Assembly: GCA_902727925.1 (NCBI GenBank)
Contig: CACVAW010000061.1
Span: forward strand, 42,739-66,738
Direction: 5' to 3'
From: an uncultured Campylobacterales bacterium
GTDB lineage: Bacteria > Campylobacterota > Campylobacteria > Campylobacterales > CACVAW01
Length of the DNA: 24,000 nt
Program-made: the position numbers and the translations under genes
Notes under the pieces: generated by a model
Database searches by the model: none
What the model was told of the DNA's origin: nothing
What the model saw: only the letters and a program-made list of their open reading frames with translations
Shown here: piece by piece, positions 17,200-24,000 of the stretch
Numbering within the stretch: position 1 is the first letter of the stretch
Layout: each line of letters starts with the position of its first letter

Positions 17200-18891
17200 A
17201 TGAAAATCAGTGGTTCACAAATGGTAGTAGAAGCTTTAAAGGCTGAGGGTGTAAAAGTAATATACGGATACCCTGGTGGAGCTATCATGAATATATATGA
17301 TGAAGTTTTTAAGCAAGACTACTTTGAACATATACTTGTACGTCATGAACAAGCTGCTATTCACGCAGCAGAAGGACATGCAAAGTCGACTGGCAAGACA
17401 GGTGTAGCATTTGTGACAAGTGGACCTGGTTTTACTAATGCCGTTACAGGACTAGCTGATGCTTATATGGACTCTGTTCCTATAGTTGTTATTAGTGGTC
17501 AAGTTCCTCTTCCTCTCATTGGTACTGATGCGTTTCAAGAGATTGATGCTGTAGGAATTAGTAGACCTTGTACTAAACATAACTACTTGGTAAAAGATAT
17601 TGAAGAGTTACCACGAATATTAAAAGAAGCTTTTTATATAGCAAACTCTGGACGTCCAGGACCAGTTCATGTTGATATTCCAAAAGATATAACAGCACAA
17701 CTAGGAGACTTCGAGTATCCCAAAAATATCACAATAGACACATATAAACCGACATATAAACCAAATATAAAACAGATAGAAAAAGCTGCAATTGCAATTA
17801 AAAAGGCAAAAAAACCTGTACTTTACATAGGTGGTGGTGTAATTCACTCAAATGCGACTAAAGAAGTAAGAGAACTTGCAACAACTACAAGTATACCAGC
17901 ACTTACAACTCTAAAAGCAACTGGTGTAATATCATGTGATGATCCTAATTTTTTAGGTATGGTAGGAATGCACGGAACATATGCCGCAAATAAGTCCATG
18001 AGTGATACTGACCTTATGGTATGTATTGGTGCTAGATTTGATGATAGAGTTACTGGTAAGTTAGAAGTTTTTGGAGTGGATGCTGAGATCATTCATATTG
18101 ATATCGATCCAGCTAGTATTGGCAAACTTGTTGAGGTTGACTATCCTATAGTTGGTGATGTAAAACTAGCTTTAGAGAAGCTAATCCCATTAGTTAAAGA
18201 TATCGATAAAACTAACTATGCTGAGTGGGTAAAAACTCTTGAAGCATATAAAAAAGAAAAACCTACAGACTATCAAGATGCTGACTTCCCAATTAAACCA
18301 CAGTGGGTAATCCAGACGGTAGGAAAATATTTAGAAAACAAAAAACATATAATAGCAACAGATGTTGGACAACATCAAATGTGGACAGCACAGTTTTATC
18401 CTTTTAAAGAGCCTAGAGAGTTTCTTACAAGTGGTGGACTTGGTACTATGGGATTTGGACTTCCTGCTGCAATGGGAGCAAAGAGAATAAATCCAGATCA
18501 TGTATGCATAAACTTTACAGGTGATGGCTCAATTCTTATGAATATACAAGAGCTTATGACATGTACAGCAAGTGACATACCTGTAATAAATATCATATTA
18601 AACAATAATCACTTAGGTATGGTAAGACAGTGGCAAACATTCTTTTATGAAAATAGATTTTCATCAACTCCAAATAAAACACAACCAGACTTTGTGAAGT
18701 TAACTGAAAGTTTTGGTGGAGTTGGATATCAAGTAAATACAAAAGAAGAGTTCCATAAAGCATTAAAAGATGCAATTGACTCTGGAAAAGTTGCAATGAT
18801 AAATGTAGCAGTAGATGAGATGGAAAATGTACTTCCTATGGTTCCAGCAAATGCAGGGCTAGATGAAATGATGCTTAGATTTGAAGACTAG
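17200..18891 (+). CDS. ilvB: Acetolactate synthase (AHAS) large/catalytic subunit, biosynthetic type
   Basis: It has 'GYPGGAIMNIYD', 'VTSGPGFTNAVTGLADAYMDSVPIVVISGQV' and the ThDP motif 'GGLGTMGFGLPAAMGA...GDGS...N'. At 563 aa the length is typical. Confidence 0.93.
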   Translation: MKISGSQMVVEALKAEGVKVIYGYPGGAIMNIYDEVFKQDYFEHILVRHEQAAIHAAEGHAKSTGKTGVAFVTSGPGFTNAVTGLADAYMDSVPIVVISGQVPLPLIGTDAFQEIDAVGISRPCTKHNYLVKDIEELPRILKEAFYIANSGRPGPVHVDIPKDITAQLGDFEYPKNITIDTYKPTYKPNIKQIEKAAIAIKKAKKPVLYIGGGVIHSNATKEVRELATTTSIPALTTLKATGVISCDDPNFLGMVGMHGTYAANKSMSDTDLMVCIGARFDDRVTGKLEVFGVDAEIIHIDIDPASIGKLVEVDYPIVGDVKLALEKLIPLVKDIDKTNYAEWVKTLEAYKKEKPTDYQDADFPIKPQWVIQTVGKYLENKKHIIATDVGQHQMWTAQFYPFKEPREFLTSGGLGTMGFGLPAAMGAKRINPDHVCINFTGDGSILMNIQELMTCTASDIPVINIILNNNHLGMVRQWQTFFYENRFSSTPNKTQPDFVKLTESFGGVGYQVNTKEEFHKALKDAIDSGKVAMINVAVDEMENVLPMVPANAGLDEMMLRFED

Positions 18892-18977
18892 AAGAGAAAA
18901 TTTTAGAAGAGAGGATAGAAAAGTTACTTAACTTTAGGGTATTGATAGATATTATTTCATATTTTCAAAGGAAAAAT

Positions 18978-19871
18978 ATGAAAGACAAATCAAGACTATA
19001 CCGAATCCTCTCTATCATCTCAGAATTAGAGCTAGGCAAAAAACTAAGCACAAAAGAACTCTCAAACAAATATAAAATAGATATAAGAACAATACAAAGA
19101 GACTTCAAAGAATACATACTAGAACTTCGTCCAGAGATACAAAAACAAAACAACAAATACTTCCTCAACTCCAAAACAAAATCAAGCAAAGAAAATATCA
19201 TAATATCGATATTTCAGAATATAGCTGACAATATAGGTGGCGAATTCTCAAAAAATGCAAATGAACTATTCTCAAAGCTAAAAGATGATGAAAATATACT
19301 ATACACACAAATAAATATAGAAAATATATCAGACAAACTAGACATCACAAAAGAGATACAAAATGCAATCAAAAATAAAACCACAATAAAGTGCGAATAC
19401 TCCATAAACAACTCATCATATAAAGCTACTATAAACCCACTAAAACTAGCTAACTACTCAGGATACTGGTACCTAATAGCCATAGACAACAAAGACAAAG
19501 TCCTAAAAAAATACTACTTCAACGAAATACAAAAAGTAAGTCTCACAAATAAAATTTTCACATATGAAAAAAATCTAGACAAAATATTAGCAAATGCTAT
19601 ATCAATATGGTTTGAACCAAAAGAACCTTATGAAGTACAACTTCTAGTATCTGCCACTATCTCTAAATACTTCCAAAGACAAGCCCTATCTCCTACACAA
19701 AGAATAATGAAAGAGTACAAAGACAAAAGCATAGAGATATCCATAGACATAACAAACGATATGGAGATAATCCCCATCATCAAGTCATACATACCACATA
19801 TAAAAGTGATAGTTCCTCAAAGAATAAAAGACAAAATCCAAAAAGATATAGAGAAATATATGAGTAATTAA
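18978..19871 (+). CDS. WYL-domain transcriptional regulator (N-terminal HTH + WYL + C-terminal WCX-like extension; BrxR/CapW-like architecture)
   Basis: The HTH is 'RLYRILSIISELELGKKLSTKELSNKYKIDIRTIQRDFKEY'. The WYL core is 'INPLKLANYSGYWYLIAIDNKDKVLKKYYFNEIQKV'. I prefer the ATG at 18978, which has an AAGGA RBS 6 nt upstream, over the TTG at 18942 used in the ORF track. Confidence 0.8.
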   Translation: MKDKSRLYRILSIISELELGKKLSTKELSNKYKIDIRTIQRDFKEYILELRPEIQKQNNKYFLNSKTKSSKENIIISIFQNIADNIGGEFSKNANELFSKLKDDENILYTQINIENISDKLDITKEIQNAIKNKTTIKCEYSINNSSYKATINPLKLANYSGYWYLIAIDNKDKVLKKYYFNEIQKVSLTNKIFTYEKNLDKILANAISIWFEPKEPYEVQLLVSATISKYFQRQALSPTQRIMKEYKDKSIEISIDITNDMEIIPIIKSYIPHIKVIVPQRIKDKIQKDIEKYMSN

Positions 19872-19889
19872 ACTATGCCATAGTATAAT
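19872..19889 (+). promoter_or_regulatory. Perfect 6-1-6 palindrome ACTATG-C-CATAGT overlapping a consensus TATAAT -10 box; candidate operator/promoter of the ATPase gene
   Basis: The palindrome spans 19872-19884 and starts immediately after the WYL stop codon. TATAAT is at 19884-19889. A GGGAG RBS is at 19912-19916 and the ATG at 19923. Confidence 0.5.
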
Positions 19890-19922
19890 AATATATATTT
19901 TTAGAATATATGGGAGTTTAAA

Positions 19923-21086
19923 ATGCAAGATATATTATATAGATCTAATCCATGGTGGGAAGAAAACTATTCGTTTGAGGGTATTACTAGAAATATTTAT
20001 TTAAACGAAATGAAACTTGTATTTGAGAATCCTGATATTGTTTTTTTGACAGGGCTTAGAAGGGTAGGTAAAACTACACTTATGAAAAGCTTTATTTCTC
20101 ATTTGATAAATCATAAAAAAATAGAACCACAACAGATATTTTATATTAGTCTTGATTTGTTAGCTTTGTCAGATTTGAGTATTCAAGATATTCTAAAAGA
20201 GTATAGAACATTACTCAAGTTGAGTAATAGTACTAAAACATATTTGTTTTTTGATGAAGTCACTGCAAAAAAGGATTATCATCAAGAGTTAAAAAATCTC
20301 TATGACTTAGAAAGTGTAAAAATATATGCTTCAAGTTCTAGTGCCTCATTACTCAAAGACAAAAATGCATATCTCACAGGGAGACAAAGAGTACTAGAAA
20401 TAATGCCTTTAAGTTTTGAAGAATATTTGAACTTCAAAAAAATCAAAATCAAAAAATCAGAATCATATTTACTTAAAAGCTACTTTGAGGATTATATGCA
20501 AAGTGGAGGTATGCCAGAATTTGTAAAAACAAAAGATATAAGCTATCTACAAAATCTAATAGACAATATAATATACAAAGACATAATCGCCCATAACAAT
20601 ATAAAAAATGAACAGACTATAAGAGACTTTTATAAGCTTTTAATGGAACGAAGTGGCAAACAACTAAGTCTAAATAAAATAGCAAATATATTAGATATAG
20701 GAGCAGATAGTGCTAGGAGGTATCTTAGCTATTTTGAAGAGACTTATCTCATATATACAGTAAAAAAATATGGCAAACTTAATGAAAGAATCAAAAACCC
20801 CAAAAAAATATACTCAGCAGATATAGGACTCAAAAATGTAGTAACTGGATTTAGAGATTTAGGTGCTGTATTTGAGAATATGGTCTATCTCAAAATCAAA
20901 TCTCAAAACCCAAGGTATGTATATGAAAATGGTATAGAACTAGACTTCATGACCGAAAACAAAACTCTAATAGAAGTTAAATATAACTCCAAATTAAACA
21001 AAAATCAAGAAAAATTATACGAAAAAATCGAAGCAAACAAAAAAATAAGAATCCAAAATATAGAAGATTTTTTGAAGTTCCTATAA
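19923..21086 (+). CDS. AAA+ ATPase with a DUF4143-type C-terminal region (COG1373-like; AAA_14 + DUF4143 with a restriction-endonuclease-like tail)
   Basis: Walker A is 'GLRRVGKTT' and Walker B is 'YLFFDEV'. The DUF4143-like segment is 'YKDIIAHNNIKNEQTIRDFYKLLMERSGKQLSLNKIANIL'. The C-terminal 'IELDFM...LIEVKY' is a D...ExK-like motif. Confidence 0.8.
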   Translation: MQDILYRSNPWWEENYSFEGITRNIYLNEMKLVFENPDIVFLTGLRRVGKTTLMKSFISHLINHKKIEPQQIFYISLDLLALSDLSIQDILKEYRTLLKLSNSTKTYLFFDEVTAKKDYHQELKNLYDLESVKIYASSSSASLLKDKNAYLTGRQRVLEIMPLSFEEYLNFKKIKIKKSESYLLKSYFEDYMQSGGMPEFVKTKDISYLQNLIDNIIYKDIIAHNNIKNEQTIRDFYKLLMERSGKQLSLNKIANILDIGADSARRYLSYFEETYLIYTVKKYGKLNERIKNPKKIYSADIGLKNVVTGFRDLGAVFENMVYLKIKSQNPRYVYENGIELDFMTENKTLIEVKYNSKLNKNQEKLYEKIEANKKIRIQNIEDFLKFL

Positions 21087-21293
21087 ACGACAGTATAAGT
21101 CGCTAATTTTTGATAGAATGTTGAGATTGAAAAGTATCATAAGAGAAGGAAATTTATGAAAAATGTAGAGATATTAAAAGATATCTTATAAACGACAGTA
21201 TAAGTCGCTAAAGTTTGATAGAATGTTGCAAATGAAAAGTATGATAAGAGAAGGAAGTTTATGGAAAATGTAGAGATATTAAAAGATATCTTA
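21082..21293 (+). repeat. Tandem duplication, 2 x 105 bp, about 92% identical (8 mismatches). It covers the intergenic region plus the RBS, start codon and first about 11 codons of the nuclease gene
   Basis: Copy 1 is 21082-21188 and copy 2 is 21187-21293, aligned by hand with an offset of exactly 105. Copy 1 carries a mini-ORF MKNVEILKDIL* (21156-21191). Copy 2 carries the real start MENVEILKDIL... (21261). Confidence 0.9.
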
Positions 21294-22487
21294 ATAAAGT
21301 TAAAAAGTTATGATGAGTATTTAAAAGAAAAAAAATCAGAAGGATATAACAATTATAACCCTTTAACAGTACTTAGAAAAAGCTATGATGAAGTTGGGTT
21401 GCATTCTGCTTTTATATATTCTTTAATCAACCCAAAAGGTAATCATTACCGAGATGATACATTTACTAAATTATTTTTAAAAATAGTTTTAAAATTAGAA
21501 AATTATGGGAAAATCTATGATGTGAGAAGAGAGTATATTATCGAAAATCAAAGAAGAATAGATTTTTATATAAATACTGAAAAGTACAAAATAGCTATAG
21601 AGATGAAAATATATGCAGGTGATCAAAAAAATCAAATATCTGACTACTATAAAGCTGTAAGAAAAATAGCAAGTGAAGATAGCAGTAAAGAAAAAGTATA
21701 CTATCTATCTCTGTATGAGAGAGATGCTACAAAATCAAGTGCTAAAGATCGTACATATACAAAAATATCTTTTAAAGATCATATTTTAAATTGGTTAAAA
21801 GAGTGTATTAAAGCTATTAAAAATGAAGACAAAAATGAATTATCAAACATAATACAATCTATAGAGTTCTATAAAGAAATAATACAAATACTTACAAAGC
21901 AAAAGCAAAAGGAAAAGAAAATAATGGATATAGTCGATTATGTAAAAGAGAAAAAAGTAAATTTAGAAGATATATTTAAAATAGCCCCTGATATAGTAGA
22001 AATCCAAGGAAAATTATTTTATGAGTTTTTTGAGAGTTTTACAGAAAGAATTGCACAATATTCAATTGATAATATGGACAATATAGATGATAATATAAAG
22101 AATAGAAAAAGAGTTTTTAATGAAAGAAAATGTAAAGATTTTTTTTCAAACAAATCATCATTAAATGCAGGTACATTTTTTAAAATAGATGATGAATATT
22201 TACTTAATATATTTATGGCTAAGAAAGCACTATATTGTGCTATAAGAAAATATACTAAAGATGGTGAGACATATGAGTTAAAGAGATTGAATAAAAGTAA
22301 TAAAGATGATAGTGAATTATTTTTGGAATTGAATCATTCCTCATATCCACATCAACACTTTTTTTCTTATAGTATGATACTTTCTGACGATAACTATAAA
22401 GTTATATATGACTTTGAGAATACAAGTTTTGCAGAAAATTTTTATAAGTTATTAAAGAAAATTAAACAATACAAAGAATCAATATGA
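21261..22487 (+). CDS. PD-(D/E)xK nuclease-family protein (PDDEXK_4-like N-domain, about 1-190) with an uncharacterised C-terminal half
   Basis: It has 'YNPLTVLRKSYDEVGLHSAFIYSLINPKGNHYRDDTFTKLFLK' followed by 'RRIDFYINTEKYKIAIEMKIYAGDQKNQISDYY'. This matches the D...E-x-K core and the trailing Q-[LI]-x-x-Y typical of this family. Confidence 0.75.
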   Translation: MENVEILKDILIKLKSYDEYLKEKKSEGYNNYNPLTVLRKSYDEVGLHSAFIYSLINPKGNHYRDDTFTKLFLKIVLKLENYGKIYDVRREYIIENQRRIDFYINTEKYKIAIEMKIYAGDQKNQISDYYKAVRKIASEDSSKEKVYYLSLYERDATKSSAKDRTYTKISFKDHILNWLKECIKAIKNEDKNELSNIIQSIEFYKEIIQILTKQKQKEKKIMDIVDYVKEKKVNLEDIFKIAPDIVEIQGKLFYEFFESFTERIAQYSIDNMDNIDDNIKNRKRVFNERKCKDFFSNKSSLNAGTFFKIDDEYLLNIFMAKKALYCAIRKYTKDGETYELKRLNKSNKDDSELFLELNHSSYPHQHFFSYSMILSDDNYKVIYDFENTSFAENFYKLLKKIKQYKESI

Positions 22488-22891
22488 AAATCCTAAACGC
22501 ATCAAAAATAAATTTCACTCTAACACCTTCAAAAGGCATAGAGATAACAGATGATATAAAAAGTGCTGACATAGTAGTGATAGAGGGAAAAGAAAACTAC
22601 CTCAAATACAAATCAAACTTCACAGATAAAATGAGGTATATACTCATATACCCATTTGACTTTGAGGGACAAAGACCTAAAAGTGATATGGACATTATAA
22701 AAAAAGAATTATCAAACTATATAATCATAGATAGAAATATAGCCAAAGAGTTCAAGCCAAAACCACCTAAAAATATATTTGAAAAACTTTTTAAGTCTAA
22801 AGAAATATCTATAAAAGAAAGTTTTGAGATGTTTGAGGAGATTATTTGGAAAGAGGTAGAAAAAATCAAAGGTAAAAATATTGGAATATAA
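22484..22891 (+). CDS. Hypothetical 135-aa protein, translationally coupled (ATGA overlap) to the nuclease gene
   Basis: The ORF overlaps the upstream stop by 4 nt. I recognise no family with confidence. See the findings for local collinear motifs reminiscent of FtsZ. Confidence 0.45.
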   Translation: MKILNASKINFTLTPSKGIEITDDIKSADIVVIEGKENYLKYKSNFTDKMRYILIYPFDFEGQRPKSDMDIIKKELSNYIIIDRNIAKEFKPKPPKNIFEKLFKSKEISIKESFEMFEEIIWKEVEKIKGKNIGI

Positions 22892-23077
22892 TCAAGATAA
22901 TTTTTTTGAAAAAGAAATTAATAATCAACAAAAAATGATAAATGAAAAATTAGAATCATATAATTCTAGTGACTTCTTTTTTAAATTACATAGGCTTATT
23001 AGAACTATTGAAGAGTTTATTATTATTTCACCAAATAAATATATCAATATTTAAGCAAAAAGTATTATAATACATCT

Positions 23078-23485
23078 ATGAAAATAGATGCAAGAAAAAT
23101 AAGTACAGAAGCTCAACAAGAGAAGCGAAATTTAGCAATAAAACTTAGGAAAAAAGGTATGACTTGCAAAGAGGTTGCTAATATTGTAGAGATCAATCAT
23201 ACAACAATATCAAGATGGTATGCAAGATATAAAAGAGATGGTGATAAATCTATAAAAGTTGGACAAAGGGGAAGAAAAATAGGAGCAAAGAGAAGTTTAT
23301 TCCCAGAACAAGAACAACAGATAATAAGACAACTAATAGATAAGAATCCACAACAGTTGCAGTTTAAATTTGCCTTATGGACAAGAGAGGCAGTGAGATA
23401 TCTTATAAAGCATGAGTTAGGTATAGATATGCCAATATCAACAGTAGGACATTACCTCAAGAAATGGAAGTTTAGACTTAATTAA
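23078..23485 (+). mobile_element. IS630-family transposase N-terminal DNA-binding fragment; the DDE catalytic domain is absent
   Basis: It has 'GMTCKEVANIVEINHTTISRWYARYKRDG' (HTH) and 'FKFALWTREAVRYLIKHELGIDMPISTVGHYLKKWKF', typical of the paired HTH region of IS630/Tc1 transposases. It ends at 135 aa, whereas full-length proteins are around 340 aa. Confidence 0.7.
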
Positions 23486-23551
23486 AGAAATGGGGGTTTA
23501 AAATTCTGGGTAAAGTATGGTATATTGGTAAGAAACTAAGGTATTTTTATA

Positions 23552-24000
23552 ATGGGTTATAAAAAAGTTCTAAAAAATGTCCAAAATGTGATAGTAAAGA
23601 AGTAATAAAAGTAGGTAAAAGAAGAGATATCCAGAGATATTTATGTAAGGTTTGTAAATCTAAATTTCAAAACAAAAGACGTACAAGAAAGCTTCAACAA
23701 GTTATATTTGAAGAGTATTTTTTAAAGAGACAAACATTAAAGCAACTAGCCAGTAAATATGGTAAATCAATACCATGGATAATGAAGCAAAGAGATGAAT
23801 ATAATATTGAGAGTAAAACGCATAATCCAAGAGCCATAAATCTAGTATGTGATGCTACATTTTATGGTAAGAAAAAAGATAAGTTAGGTACTTTAGTATT
23901 TAAAGATGTAGAGTCTAAAGAGATACTTATTTGGAAACATATTGAAAGTGAAACAGTAGAAGATTATAGATATTTAAAAGAAGAGTTGTATAACCTAGGT
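23552..24000 (+). pseudogene. IS1-family-like transposase (zinc-ribbon N-terminus), frame-disrupted at an A6 run and running off the window end
   Basis: The ATG at 23552 gives MGYKKVLKN..., which stops at 23605. The long open frame is (K)KCPKCDSKEVIKVGKRRDIQRYLCKVCKSKF...LVCDATFYGKKKDKLGTLVF. It opens at 23563, has no start codon of its own, and is reached by a -1 shift within AAAAAA (23572-23577). The pattern 'CPxC...G...QRYLCxxC' matches IS1 InsA. Confidence 0.55.

Noticed and set aside
18942-18977. TTG start at 18942 for the WYL regulator, as in the ORF track
   Set aside because: The ATG at 18978 has a well-spaced AAGGA RBS and starts the protein right at the HTH (MKDKSRLYRIL...). The 12 extra residues (MIDIISYFQRKN) have no support. 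The longer form cannot be excluded.
15751-19411. Minus-strand ORFs antisense to glyS, ilvB and the WYL gene (15751-15972, 16453-16668, 16723-16971, 17844-18092, 18593-18796, 18965-19201, 19214-19411)
   Set aside because: The reasoning is the same. They are nested antisense to confidently identified plus-strand genes and have no recognisable motifs.
21082-21293. Possible CRISPR array or other repeat-spacer structure
   Set aside because: There are only two directly abutting 105-bp copies with no spacers. The repeat contains an RBS, a start codon and coding sequence of the downstream gene, so it is a tandem duplication. The 12-bp repeat at 5775-5840 likewise has no spacers and is coding.
22881-23054. 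Short ORF (TTG 22881 or ATG 22935 to TAA 23054; ...MINEKLESYNSSDFFFKLHRLIRTIEEFIIISPNKYINI*) between the 135-aa ORF and the IS630 fragment
   Set aside because: It is under 60 codons, with no convincing RBS and no recognisable motif. It could be a small protein or the tail of a gene truncated by IS insertion, but the sequence alone does not support a call.
1-24000. tRNA, rRNA or other structured RNA genes in intergenic gaps
   Set aside because: All intergenic gaps are under 200 bp and very AT-rich, with no GC-rich cloverleaf-type stems. Only simple hairpins were found (7396-7420, 10555-10619, 2831-2871). A covariance-model scan was not possible, so small ncRNAs cannot be excluded.

Overview
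AT-rich bacterial chromosomal window. The housekeeping proteins look Campylobacterota-like, but that is an unverified guess. There are three blocks. (1) 1-8.8 kb is a surface-glycan (O-antigen/capsule-type) locus. It holds a partial Wzx-like flippase, a GT2, a Wzy-like polymerase, a 38-codon GT2 remnant, a 2OG-Fe(II) oxygenase-like gene, a second GT2, an AlbA_2/HATPase_c_4/wHTH protein with a perfect 12-bp x5 in-frame tandem repeat, manC, and a convergent TagD-like cytidylyltransferase fused to a Gfo/Idh/MocA oxidoreductase. (2) 8.9-18.9 kb is core genes: serS, a small membrane protein, a four-helix-bundle (23S-IVS/Avd-type) gene bracketed by repeats, secF, secD, yajC, a Tat-signal protein, a pseudouridine synthase, glyS and ilvB. 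(3) 18.9-24 kb is an accessory island. It holds a WYL-domain regulator, an AAA+ ATPase with a DUF4143-type C-terminus, a PD-(D/E)xK-family nuclease preceded by a 105-bp tandem duplication of its own 5' region, a translationally coupled 135-aa unknown, then IS630 and IS1-like debris. The WYL / ATPase / nuclease / small-ORF cluster is my best candidate for an undescribed, defence-type system. I saw no rRNA, tRNA or CRISPR array. All family calls come from motifs read by eye; no searches were run.
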